Part shown: positions 12,290-21,647 of the stretch, in pieces | How the letters are laid out: every line of letters starts with the position of its first letter | Position numbering within the stretch: position 1 is the first letter of the stretch | Assembly (NCBI GenBank): GCA_027292775.1 | Contig: JAPUGL010000031.1 | Span: 2,546 to 66,545 of the forward strand | DNA: 64,000 nucleotides | Direction: 5' to 3' | Source of the DNA: Gammaproteobacteria bacterium | GTDB taxonomy: Bacteria; Pseudomonadota; Gammaproteobacteria; Steroidobacterales; MnTg04 | Notes under the pieces: generated by a model | What the model was told of the DNA's origin: nothing | The model's database searches: none | What the model saw: only the letters and a program-made list of their open reading frames with translations | Position numbers and translations under genes: made by a program

Positions 12290-13621
12290 TCAGTAACGAA
12301 TGGGAATCTGCAAGACCTGGCCTACAATGATGCGGTCGCCACGCAAACTGTTGTAATCGCGTAACTTTCTCAACGGCACGCGGTAATGACTGGCGATGCC
12401 GCTCAGAGTGTCTCCACGCTGAATAACGTGCGCTGTCTCCAGTTTTGGTTTTGGCAGATTGCCCCGCGCCAGCAGCGTACCCGCCGGTGGGTTGGCATGC
12501 AGATAGAGCACCAGCCCATTTAGCATGGCGCTGGCCAGTCTTTCCTGATGGGCATTGTCACGCAGCTTTTTTTCTTCCTGCGGATTGGAGATAAATGCGG
12601 TCTCCACGAGGATGGATGGGATATCCGGCGACTTCAACACCAGGAAATTCGCCTGCAAAACTTTTGGCTTGTGAACTGAACCAACTGTGGTCAACTGCTC
12701 CAGAACTCTGTCGGCCATGTTCATGCTGGCGCTGATCGAATATGACTGAGACAGGTCGAGCAACACCGAAGCCAATACATCGTCTTTGTCGGCCAATGAA
12801 ACCCCGCCAATCAGGTCGGAAGCATTTTCTCTTTCCGCCAGGAGGCGGGCATGCTCGTCACTGGCCCCTTTTTCCGACAGCACATACACCGAAGCGCCGC
12901 GTGCCCTGCGATTGGTAAACGAATCTGCATGTATCGAGATAAAAAGATCGGCTCTGTTCAGACGGGCCTTCTTCATTCGTTGCACGTGGGGTAAAAAATA
13001 GTCGCCATCGCGAATCAGGAAAGCACGCATACCCGGCCGTTCGTCAACTTTCTTTGCCAGGCGCCTGGCGATTTGCAGGACTACGTCTTTTTCACGCGTG
13101 CCCCTGCGGCCAAGCGCGCCAGGGTCCTCTCCACCGTGGCCCGCGTCGATTGCGACCACGACGTCTCGGCCCGGCAGATTGGCAGAGCTCAATTGGCGAA
13201 CCGGATTTTTTCTTTCAGCCGCGGCCAGATCGATGACCAGCCTGTAACCGTATTTCTCGTTCGGTTTCAGAAGAAAACTTTTCGGCCGCACCTTCTCGCT
13301 GACATCCAGCACGATTCGCAGACTGCCATCTTTTTGGCGTCCGCTGCGGATATTGACGACAAAACCCTGGGCGGCAGGAAGCTTTACCCGGCCTTTATTT
13401 ATCGCCCCACCGGCGATATCGATGACCACGCGATTGGGTGATTCAAGAATCATCAGATCATGCTCGGCGGACCGGTCCAGATCCAGGACTACGCGCGTAT
13501 TATCCGGCGCCGCCCACAGGCGAACCCCTTGGATATTGACGGTTGCTATGGTCTGGGACGCCCAGAACAAACCCAATAATGCAACCATCATCAGCCTGTA
13601 CGCGATCCTGATGAAGCTCAT
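12290..13621 (-). CDS. amiB: N-acetylmuramoyl-L-alanine amidase with AMIN and LysM domains
   Basis: AMIN-like N-terminus (VRLWAAPDNTRVVLDL), amidase_3 core (VVAIDAGHGGEDPGA) and C-terminal LysM (HVIQRGDTLSGIASHY). The gene symbol is assigned by synteny only. Confidence 0.85.
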   Translation of the reverse strand: MSFIRIAYRLMMVALLGLFWASQTIATVNIQGVRLWAAPDNTRVVLDLDRSAEHDLMILESPNRVVIDIAGGAINKGRVKLPAAQGFVVNIRSGRQKDGSLRIVLDVSEKVRPKSFLLKPNEKYGYRLVIDLAAAERKNPVRQLSSANLPGRDVVVAIDAGHGGEDPGALGRRGTREKDVVLQIARRLAKKVDERPGMRAFLIRDGDYFLPHVQRMKKARLNRADLFISIHADSFTNRRARGASVYVLSEKGASDEHARLLAERENASDLIGGVSLADKDDVLASVLLDLSQSYSISASMNMADRVLEQLTTVGSVHKPKVLQANFLVLKSPDIPSILVETAFISNPQEEKKLRDNAHQERLASAMLNGLVLYLHANPPAGTLLARGNLPKPKLETAHVIQRGDTLSGIASHYRVPLRKLRDYNSLRGDRIIVGQVLQIPIRY

Positions 13622-13749
13622 TTTTCAAAATCCCTTTCAAGTCTGGGCTAACACTAGAACGGTTTTTCTTTTTGTTCAACTTTTTTCTGATGCTTTCTTG
13701 TTATTAAACATCAGATTACCGTTAATTTTTAATGTTCTTCCCGCATAGC

Positions 13750-14262
13750 TCAGCGACTGAGCGGCCCGCTTTGATCACTGAACGATGTCGGAAGCGACGC
13801 CAGCATGCGGGTTGCGGCCTTGCCCGAACCAGTGATACTCATCGTTCTTTGTTCACCCGAATAATCCAGCGCTACCAGGTAATTCAGACGTTTCATCAAT
13901 AAGGGAGCTTTTTCCGGCCATTCAACCAGCACCAGTCCGGGCTCTTCGAGAAAATCCGGCAGGCCCAGAAATTCCAGTTCACCCGGCTCCGCCAGCCGAT
14001 AAAGATCCAGGTGGTGAACCGGGCCGGCCATCGTCTCGTAGGGTTCGATCAGCGTATAGGTCGGGCTCTTGATCCGTCCACCCACACCAAGTGCCCTGAG
14101 CAATCCTCTCGCCAGTGTTGTTTTGCCAGCACCCAACGGGCCAGTCAGGCCCAGCAAGAGTGGCTCGGCGAACGGCGCGAGCCGGTCAGCGAGCCAGCCA
14201 CCCACTGCTTCGGTGTGTTGCGCATCCGCCAGCTGCCGGCTCAAGGTTTCGGGTTGACCCAT
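13750..14262 (-). CDS. tsaE: tRNA t6A37 biosynthesis ATPase TsaE
   Basis: P-loop LTGPLGAGKTTLARGLLRALG. The start is set at ATG 14262. The longer track ORF runs into nnr and reads as Arg/Gly-rich nonsense there. Confidence 0.88.
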   Translation of the reverse strand: MGQPETLSRQLADAQHTEAVGGWLADRLAPFAEPLLLGLTGPLGAGKTTLARGLLRALGVGGRIKSPTYTLIEPYETMAGPVHHLDLYRLAEPGELEFLGLPDFLEEPGLVLVEWPEKAPLLMKRLNYLVALDYSGEQRTMSITGSGKAATRMLASLPTSFSDQSGPLSR

Positions 14263-15722
14263 TTTCTTATCCAGTCCATCAGATCGCCGGCGACTAGTCC
14301 GCGCTCGCCATCGCCACTGGCATCGTCTCCCGCCAGGGCATGAACCAGCACGCCCACCCTGGCGCTGGAAGCCACATCCCGAGTCTGGGCCAGCAAGCCT
14401 GCGATCAGGCCGGTTAAAACATCGCCCATGCCGGGTCCGGCCATCCCGGGATTGCCAAATCTGCATAGCGCCGGTAAACCATGGCCATCGTTGATCAGGG
14501 TGCCGGCTCCTTTCAGCACGGCCACGCCGCCACATTTTTTCTGCAAGCTCAGCACGGCCGCCAGTCTGTCCTCCTGTATCGCCTTGCTTTCGGTATCGAG
14601 AAGCCGCGCCGCCTCACCCGGATGCGGCGTCAGTATCCAGTCGTTCCTTTGCGCCGGAAACTGCGCCAGCCAGTTGAGGCCGTCGGCATCGATAACCAGT
14701 GGACGATCGATGGCGATAACTGCCTCCCAAAGTCGCTTTGCCCAGTCGCTTTGCCCCAGTCCGGGTCCCAGCGCAATAACATCGGCTTTTTCAACTAAGG
14801 CTGCGAGCTGACCGGGCTCGTCGATTCCGTGGCACATCAGTTCGGGCCGGCCGGCGAAAAAATCCAGGTGCTCGGGATGAGTGGCCACACTGACCAGACC
14901 TGCGCCGCTGCGCAGCGCGGCTTCACCCGCGAGGCACGCCGCGCCCGGCATCCCCGGCCCACCGCCCACGATCAGGACATGACCGAACTTCCCCTTGTGC
15001 GCGGACTTCGCGCGCGGCGGCAACAACCGGGGAATTTCATCTTTTTGTAATAACTCGGCGACCGGATCGCCGTCATCGTAAACGGCATCCGGGACATCCA
15101 GTCCGGCAAAAAAAATCTCGCCGCATAAGCCAGGGCCTCGTCCCAGGAAAAGCCCGGCTTTGAGCGCGACGAAGCTGACTGTTACTGCCGCCTTGATCGT
15201 CGTCCCCATCGACAGGCCAGTATCGGCCGACATCCCGCTCGGAATATCCAGTGCGAGAACCGGTTTGCCTTGTTCGTTAATCGAATCGATAGCATCGGCA
15301 AATGAGCCACCGACCGGACGATCCAACCCGGTGCCCAGGATGCCATCAACGATAACATCGGCGCTCTCAAGCAACGATTCGGAGAATTCGACCGCCTCAC
15401 CACCGGCGGCCTTGAAATCCTGCCAGGCCGTCGCCGCATCACCGCCGAGTTGGTCGCCTGGACGCAAGGTCATCAGGTGCACATTCAGGCTTGCGGCCAT
15501 AGCCAGCCGGGCGACCACCAGGCCGTCGCCCGCGTTGTTGCCTGCTCCGCATACAATGGCGAGTGTAGCCGCTGCAGGCCAGCGCTCACGGACAATCGCG
15601 AATACGGCTTCACCCGCCCGGGACATCAACGTATAACCGGGTATTTCATGATCCTCGATCGCCCGCCGATCGAATTCACGAACCTGGCTGGCCAGATACA
15701 GGTTTTTGGGAAGCCGTTGCAT
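14241..15722 (-). CDS. nnr: bifunctional NAD(P)H-hydrate epimerase / ADP-dependent dehydratase
   Basis: YjeF N-terminal and C-terminal carbohydrate-kinase-like domains (GPGLG, GDVLTG), 493 aa. Confidence 0.9.
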   Translation of the reverse strand: MQRLPKNLYLASQVREFDRRAIEDHEIPGYTLMSRAGEAVFAIVRERWPAAATLAIVCGAGNNAGDGLVVARLAMAASLNVHLMTLRPGDQLGGDAATAWQDFKAAGGEAVEFSESLLESADVIVDGILGTGLDRPVGGSFADAIDSINEQGKPVLALDIPSGMSADTGLSMGTTIKAAVTVSFVALKAGLFLGRGPGLCGEIFFAGLDVPDAVYDDGDPVAELLQKDEIPRLLPPRAKSAHKGKFGHVLIVGGGPGMPGAACLAGEAALRSGAGLVSVATHPEHLDFFAGRPELMCHGIDEPGQLAALVEKADVIALGPGLGQSDWAKRLWEAVIAIDRPLVIDADGLNWLAQFPAQRNDWILTPHPGEAARLLDTESKAIQEDRLAAVLSLQKKCGGVAVLKGAGTLINDGHGLPALCRFGNPGMAGPGMGDVLTGLIAGLLAQTRDVASSARVGVLVHALAGDDASGDGERGLVAGDLMDWIRKWVNPKP

Positions 15723-15748
15723 GGTGTTGATTATAATGTCGCCAATAT

Positions 15749-16840
15749 ATGAATATCACGCCAAATAATTTATCCAAACTTGCCGACCAAATTCGCCAGT
15801 GGGGCAACGAATTGGGTTTCCAGCAGATCGGTTTCGGTTCGATAGAACTCGACGAGGACGAAAAGCGTTTGCAGCAATGGTTGACTGCGGGCCGTCATGG
15901 CACGATGGACTACATGGAGCGTCATGGCACGATGCGCAGCCGGCCCGCCGAACTGCTGCCAGGAACGCTCAGCGTCATCAGCGCCCGCATGGATTACCTA
16001 CCGGCAGCGGCGGACGCATGGCAAACGCTTCAGCAACAGAATCGTGCCTATGTGTCACGCTACGCGCTGGGCCGCGATTATCACAAGCTTCTTAGACCGC
16101 GTCTGGCGAAGCTGGCTGAACGCATCCGGCAATCCATCGGCGAACTCGGATACCGTGTTTTTGTTGATAGCGCGCCGGTACTGGAAAAAGCGCTGGCCAG
16201 AAATTCAGGGCTCGGCTGGATCGGCAAACACACAATCCTGATCAACCGAGAGGCTGGCTCCTGGTTCTTTCTCGGTGAAATATTTGTCGATCTCCCATTG
16301 CCGCCAGACCAGCCGGTCGCCAACCATTGCGGATCCTGCCGCGCTTGCCTGGATGTTTGCCCGACCCAGGCAATTATCGGGCCGTACGAGGTCGATGCCC
16401 GACGCTGCATTTCCTATCTCACCATTGAAAACCGCGGCGCCATCCCCGTCGAATTCAGAGAAGCCATCGGCAACCGCATTTATGGCTGCGACGATTGCCA
16501 GCTCGTCTGTCCCTGGAACAAGTTCGCGAAGCTGAGCAGCGAGCAGGATTTTCAACCTCGCCACGAACTCGATCGAAAAAAACTGGTCGAGTTGTTCTCG
16601 TGGAGCGAAGATGAGTTTCTTCAAAAGACACAAGGCAGTGCGATCCGCAGGGCCGGATATGCGGGCTGGCTACGCAATCTGGCAGTGGCGTTGGGCAATG
16701 CCGAGGTATCCGATGAGGCCATAGCGACCCTCAATTCACGCAAGGACCACCCCGATGAGATGGTCCGGGAACACATCGAATGGGCACTGGAAAAACTGGT
16801 TTCCGGGGAAAAACGGCGAAATTCGTCGTGTGATATGTAA
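15749..16840 (+). CDS. queG: epoxyqueuosine reductase
   Basis: 4Fe-4S motifs CGSCRACLDVCP and CDDCQLVCPWN. Divergent from nnr, as in E. coli. Confidence 0.92.
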   Translation: MNITPNNLSKLADQIRQWGNELGFQQIGFGSIELDEDEKRLQQWLTAGRHGTMDYMERHGTMRSRPAELLPGTLSVISARMDYLPAAADAWQTLQQQNRAYVSRYALGRDYHKLLRPRLAKLAERIRQSIGELGYRVFVDSAPVLEKALARNSGLGWIGKHTILINREAGSWFFLGEIFVDLPLPPDQPVANHCGSCRACLDVCPTQAIIGPYEVDARRCISYLTIENRGAIPVEFREAIGNRIYGCDDCQLVCPWNKFAKLSSEQDFQPRHELDRKKLVELFSWSEDEFLQKTQGSAIRRAGYAGWLRNLAVALGNAEVSDEAIATLNSRKDHPDEMVREHIEWALEKLVSGEKRRNSSCDM

Positions 16841-16976
16841 AAAACGGACCTGTTTCAAAGAAAATCCCTGAAATCCCTTTATTCTTCCACTATGGATGAG
16901 GACTTATGTCACGAGGCTCACGCCCCGTATATGACATAAGCAGTTTTGTACTTGAATACATGGTCAGGAGGAGCCG

Positions 16977-17933
16977 GTGGCTGAATCAACCAGCGCTTTA
17001 TACAGAATGCTGTCCACCAGCATGCAACTGTTTCACGAAGTGGAGCCGGAACTCGTGTCGTCCTGCCTGCAAGACACAGAAAGACTGGATTTGAAAGCCG
17101 GCGATCTTTTGCTTTCACCGGACAAGGAAAACGACAAGGTTTATTTGGTTCTCAGCGGCAGCCTGCAAGTTCACCTCGACAGCCTCAGCAATGCGCCCCT
17201 GACCAGACTCCCGCAGGGCTCATGCGCCGGCGAAATGTCGATAATCGAGGACAAAGATCCGTCGGCGTATGTGGTTGCGGCCGAAGACACCCACCTCGTC
17301 GTAATCAGCCACGAAACGCTATGGACCTTAGTCAATACCTCGCATGCTTTTGCCAGGAACCTCCTCGTGGTCCTGTCGTCACGCGTACGTTTTGACAACA
17401 AAATAATCGTGGACAATGTCGGCGCCCTCAAACAATTCGAACGCAATGCGGTAACCGACGCCCTGACCGACCTGAAGAATCGGCACTGGATGGAAGATAT
17501 GTTCAGACGCAAGATGAAACGTTGCCAGACCGATACCGACCCGGCCTGCCTGGGGATTGTCGATGTCGATTATTTCAAACGCTTCAACGACAGTTATGGG
17601 CACCTGGCCGGCGATGAGGCACTTTGCTTCGTCGCGGAATCACTGCGCGGCCAGTTCCGGCCATCCGATATGATCGCGCGTTATGGCGGCGATGAGTTTG
17701 TGATTTTGCTGCCGGAAACGAAAATAGAGCAGGCATTACAATCCGCAGAGCGTGTCCGCAAAGCCATAGAACAAGGTGATCCGCTGGGCGAAGACGGCCC
17801 ACCGTTCAAGGTCACCATTTCGATAGGCATCGCCGAGATGCAGCCGGGCGATGTGCTGGAAACATTATTGCAGCGGGCCGACTCCATGCTCTACCAGGCC
17901 AAGCTCAGCGGCCGTAACCAGATCGCCGGCTAG
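16977..17933 (+). CDS. diguanylate cyclase with N-terminal cyclic-nucleotide-binding-like domain
   Basis: GTG start preceded by AGGAGG. CAP-family fold segment (GSCAGEMSIIEDKDPSAYVVA). GGDEF domain with an RYGGDEFVILL active site and an RPSD I-site. Confidence 0.85.
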   Translation: MAESTSALYRMLSTSMQLFHEVEPELVSSCLQDTERLDLKAGDLLLSPDKENDKVYLVLSGSLQVHLDSLSNAPLTRLPQGSCAGEMSIIEDKDPSAYVVAAEDTHLVVISHETLWTLVNTSHAFARNLLVVLSSRVRFDNKIIVDNVGALKQFERNAVTDALTDLKNRHWMEDMFRRKMKRCQTDTDPACLGIVDVDYFKRFNDSYGHLAGDEALCFVAESLRGQFRPSDMIARYGGDEFVILLPETKIEQALQSAERVRKAIEQGDPLGEDGPPFKVTISIGIAEMQPGDVLETLLQRADSMLYQAKLSGRNQIAG

Positions 17934-17963
17934 GAGCCTGTCGGACATAGGGTGTTCTACTGC

Positions 17964-17988
17964 GGCGGCCGGAAACCGGCCAATTTTT
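17964..17988 (+). terminator. putative rho-independent terminator downstream of the GGDEF gene
   Basis: GGCCGG-AAA-CCGGCC hairpin (17967-17981) followed by AATTTTT. Confidence 0.5.
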
Positions 17989-18103
17989 CCGATCCTTTTC
18001 GCTAAAAAGACCCACTATTCGCCCCAAACGATCGAAAAAAGGACGTCGAATTCCCAAACGCCTCGCGACGAACGCCTACGTCCGGCAGGCTCCCAGAAAA
18101 TAC

Positions 18104-18493
18104 TCAGGCTGCCTGCACAGGGATGATGTTGGCGCTTCGCGTAATCTCGTTGTTCTTATTCAGATAAACCAGGCGCGGCTTGTGCAGGCTGGCCTCTTGC
18201 TCGGACATCGCCGCGTAGCTGCAAATAATCAGGCGATCGCCGCGGGAGGCCTTGTGGGCAGCCGCCCCGTTTACCGATATGATTTTGGACCCGCGTTCCG
18301 CCCGAATCGCATAAGTCGTAAATCGCTCACCGTTCGCCACGTTATAAATCTGAATTTGCTCGTACTCCGTGATGCCGGCGGCGGCGAGCAGATTCGTATC
18401 GATTGCGCATGAGCCTTCGTAATCGAGCTCGGAATGGGTAACACACGCGCGGTGCAGTTTTGCTTTTAACAAGGTGAGCTGCATTTGGGTCAT
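18104..18493 (-). CDS. panD: aspartate 1-decarboxylase
   Basis: [25 protein letters not shown] includes the self-processing G-S site. Confidence 0.93.
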   Translation of the reverse strand: MTQMQLTLLKAKLHRACVTHSELDYEGSCAIDTNLLAAAGITEYEQIQIYNVANGERFTTYAIRAERGSKIISVNGAAAHKASRGDRLIICSYAAMSEQEASLHKPRLVYLNKNNEITRSANIIPVQAA

Positions 18494-18621
18494 CCCGTCA
18501 TCTATTATGGCCCGGGCGCACTTCGGGTACGCAGGCTAGGGACCTACGCGGTAGAAACTATTCCTGCTGCGCAGACCCTGAGCGCGAAATTTTACCCACC
18601 GGCCCACGCTACTACAAGCGA

Positions 18622-19485
18622 TTATAACGAAAACAACAGGTTGTCGATCAAGCGAGTCTCCCCTAGGTAAGCGGCGGTCAGTAGCACCAAGTCCCGGTCC
18701 GTTTCACCCGGTACGGACAGGTTCGTGGCCCTGCGTAATTCGAAATAGACGGGCCGGAAACCGACTGCGGTCAGGTTGTCGATCGAGCGTTCGACTATTT
18801 GTTCATGGGTCAGCCCACCAGCCTGCATCAAGGCCTTCGCTGCCTGTAGTTCGGCATATAGCTGAGGCGCAACCGCTCTTTCCTTTGCATTCAGATAGCG
18901 GTTGCGCGTGCTCATTGCCAGACCGTCCGCCTCCCGGAAGGTGGGGCCGCCGAGAATATCAACCTCCAGGCCCGCCCCCGCCACGAGTCGGCGAATTACC
19001 AACAACTGCTGGTAATCTTTTTGGCCAAACACCGCCAGATCCGGTTGCACAATCTCGAACAGCCGCTTCACGACCGTCGCAACACCATCGAAATGGCCAG
19101 GCCTGCCGACTCCGCACAATATGCTCGCGAGGTCGCCTGCGGAAACCTGGCGTACAGCCTGCGTGCCTTGCGGATATATCGCATCATTGCCTGGCACAAA
19201 CAGGATATCGACCCGCTCTTTTCCCAGCAGGCTGGAATCTGCGTCCAGTCGCCGCGGATAACGATCGAAATCCTCGCCGGGCCCGAATTGCAGTGGATTG
19301 ACGAAAAGGCTGACCACGAGCCGGTCAGCTTTTTCACGAGCCTGCCGGACCAGGCTCAGGTGACCTTCGTGCAGGTCACCCATGGTCGGCACCAAGCCAA
19401 CCGTATGCCCCTGTCTTTTCCAGCGGGCAATTTCGGTCTGCAACGGATCGACGGAATCGAGAATCTGCATTACGGAAGCCATCAT
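18622..19485 (-). CDS. panC: pantoate--beta-alanine ligase
   Basis: VGLVPTMGDLHEGHLSL HIGH-type motif, 287 aa. Confidence 0.93.
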   Translation of the reverse strand: MMASVMQILDSVDPLQTEIARWKRQGHTVGLVPTMGDLHEGHLSLVRQAREKADRLVVSLFVNPLQFGPGEDFDRYPRRLDADSSLLGKERVDILFVPGNDAIYPQGTQAVRQVSAGDLASILCGVGRPGHFDGVATVVKRLFEIVQPDLAVFGQKDYQQLLVIRRLVAGAGLEVDILGGPTFREADGLAMSTRNRYLNAKERAVAPQLYAELQAAKALMQAGGLTHEQIVERSIDNLTAVGFRPVYFELRRATNLSVPGETDRDLVLLTAAYLGETRLIDNLLFSL

Positions 19486-19636
19486 CTATTCATGGGCGAA
19501 ATAGATTGTGATCCGGAATTTTCAGATTCATGGCGCGAATTGCAAGTAATAGCTGGCTATTGCGAAGATTTGTTATACAGAAGTTGGATTTTTTGTGCGC
19601 AAGAGACGAGTCCATGAACAGATCAGAGCTTCCCTA
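19484..19636 (+). repeat. 153-nt intergenic repeat, copy 1, with terminal inverted repeats and a central palindrome
   Basis: Aligns without gaps to the reverse complement of 57611-57763, with about 25 mismatches by hand count. Ends are ATCTATTCATGG and CCATGAACAGAT. It fills the panB-panC spacer. Confidence 0.8.
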
Positions 19637-20464
19637 ACTGAAACAATGCTCCGGCGCCGGATAGTCACCACTGCGGACTGCCTCGACATAGGCCCGGACC
19701 GCATCGATCGGGCTGCGACCCCCGATCGTGAAATCCTTTGCAAACCGCGGCTTGCGGCCGATCGTAATATTCAGGATGTCATACAGGACGAGAATCTGGC
19801 CATCGACATCCGGACCTGCGCCGATACCAATCACCGGCACCTTGAGTTCGCTGGTAATCCCGGCGGCGAGTTCGTTGGGGATACACTCGAGCAGAACGAT
19901 GTCGGCGCCGGCGTTCTCCAGCGCTTTGGCATCCGCGAGCATCTGTTTTGCGGTCGCTTTGTCACGTCCCTGGATCTTGAAACCGCCAAGCTTGTGCACC
20001 GACTGCGGCTTCAGACCTATATGGGCGCAGACCGGCACATCCCGTGAGGCCAGGTATTCGACGATATCCACCTGCATCGCCCCGCCTTCCAGCTTGACCA
20101 TCTTGGCGCGTCCTTCCTGCATCAGGCGCCTTGAATTGCCCATGGCTTCCTGCGGGGTCGTATAACTGAGAAACGGCAGATCGCCAACCAGGAATGAGCG
20201 GGTCAGGCCGCGGGCCACCGCCTTGCAATGATAAACCACGTCATCGACGGTGACCGGCACCGTCGTCGGATGGCCCTGGATGACCATGCCCAGCGAATCG
20301 CCCGCCAGCACCAGGTCGACGCCAGCCTCGTCCACCAGGTTTGCGAAGCTCGCATCGTATGCAGTCAGGCAGGCTATCGCCGTTTCGTCTGCCTTCATTT
20401 TCTCCAGGGTCGAGATCGTGACAGGCGGCTTGTCCGAATCTCTTTGCTGTAAATGCGTGTACAT
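19634..20464 (-). CDS. panB: 3-methyl-2-oxobutanoate hydroxymethyltransferase
   Basis: Full-length PanB similarity (LTAYDASFA, GDSLGMV), 276 aa. Confidence 0.93.
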   Translation of the reverse strand: MYTHLQQRDSDKPPVTISTLEKMKADETAIACLTAYDASFANLVDEAGVDLVLAGDSLGMVIQGHPTTVPVTVDDVVYHCKAVARGLTRSFLVGDLPFLSYTTPQEAMGNSRRLMQEGRAKMVKLEGGAMQVDIVEYLASRDVPVCAHIGLKPQSVHKLGGFKIQGRDKATAKQMLADAKALENAGADIVLLECIPNELAAGITSELKVPVIGIGAGPDVDGQILVLYDILNITIGRKPRFAKDFTIGGRSPIDAVRAYVEAVRSGDYPAPEHCFS

Positions 20465-20475
20465 GCGGCCTCCTC

Positions 20476-21129
20476 TCAGGCGATGCTGCGGCTGACCGGG
20501 TTATAGAAATGCCGGCCGCTGCGAATCGAGTTCACCTGCTTCAGCAACTGCTGATAATCGGTATCGTTGCCCACCGGATCGATGTCCCCCGTATTGACTA
20601 TCAATAACGGCGAGTCATCGTACCGGTGAAAAAAGCGGGCATAAGCTTCCATTAGCCGTTCAAGGTAATCACGCTTAATCATTTGTTCAAATTTGACGCC
20701 CCGCCTGGCGATCCTTTCCATTAAGACTTTGACCGGCGCTTGCAGATAGATCACCAGGTCGGGAGTCGGCGGCTGAATATCGAGACGTGCATAAATCTGC
20801 TGATAAAGCTCCCACTCCTGAGGATCCAGTATCAGTTCCGCAAACAACCGATCCTTCTCCATCAGGTAGTCGGCCACTTTGACCGGACTAAACATGTCTC
20901 GCTGCCGTTCCTGCTCAAGCTGACGGGCACGCTGAAACAGAAAAAACAGCTGCACAGGCAGCGCGCCATTGCGCGGGTCCTGGTAAAACCGCTCTAGGAA
21001 CGGGTTTGCCATGGGCTGCTCTTCGACCAGGTCGCAATCGAAACTGTCCGCCAATCGCCGGGCGAGGCTGGTCTTGCCGACGCCGATCGGACCTTCCACC
21101 ACGATATAGCGCGGACTGGCGGCAATCAT
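20476..21129 (-). CDS. deoxynucleoside kinase family protein
   Basis: P-loop VVEGPIGVGKTSLA and a dNK-like ERFYQDP segment. The start is set at ATG 21129, which forms an ATGA overlap with the folK stop. Confidence 0.8.
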   Translation of the reverse strand: MIAASPRYIVVEGPIGVGKTSLARRLADSFDCDLVEEQPMANPFLERFYQDPRNGALPVQLFFLFQRARQLEQERQRDMFSPVKVADYLMEKDRLFAELILDPQEWELYQQIYARLDIQPPTPDLVIYLQAPVKVLMERIARRGVKFEQMIKRDYLERLMEAYARFFHRYDDSPLLIVNTGDIDPVGNDTDYQQLLKQVNSIRSGRHFYNPVSRSIA

Positions 21130-21632
21130 GTGTTGTTGTCTCCTGCATCGGCATAGCGCTTCAAACCTTGTCGTCCGCAAGCAGCTGCCAGTTGGCTTAC
21201 CCGCCCCCGGCCAGGTATTTCAAGGGTGGGAGCGATTTCTGCCAGAGGATACAGGACAAAACTGCGTTCATGAACACCGGGATGCGGCAACATCAATTTA
21301 TCGCAATCACTGCGCTCCCGGCCATACACAAGCAGATCCAGGTCCAGTGTGCGCGGGCCCCAGCGTTCGTTGCGCTGTCTGCCCCGTTGCTCTTCCTGTT
21401 CGTGCAGCACGCCTAGCAAGTCCGCGGCAGTCAAGCTGGTCAGCAAACCGCAAACCGCATTGAGATAATCGGGCTGATCCTGCGGGCCCATAGGCGCGCT
21501 GACGTAAATACCGGAACAGCTCAGGCTGCGAATATCCGGTCGCTGTTTGAGTTTGGCTACCGCCCAGCGAATCTGCCCGCGAGGATCGTCCAAGTTACTG
21601 CCCAGGCCAACATACGCGGATTCCCAGCGCAT
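21126..21632 (-). CDS. folK: 2-amino-4-hydroxy-6-hydroxymethyldihydropteridine diphosphokinase
   Basis: AYVGLGSNL N-terminus, RTLDLDLL and LPHP motifs. Confidence 0.9.
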   Translation of the reverse strand: MRWESAYVGLGSNLDDPRGQIRWAVAKLKQRPDIRSLSCSGIYVSAPMGPQDQPDYLNAVCGLLTSLTAADLLGVLHEQEEQRGRQRNERWGPRTLDLDLLVYGRERSDCDKLMLPHPGVHERSFVLYPLAEIAPTLEIPGRGRVSQLAAACGRQGLKRYADAGDNNT

Positions 21633-21647
21633 CCTCTCGATACCCGG

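Noticed and set aside
14263-14535. Upstream extension of the tsaE ORF
   Set aside because: It overlaps the 3' part of nnr in another frame and translates to Arg/Gly/Trp-rich sequence. TsaE homology begins near ATG 14262.
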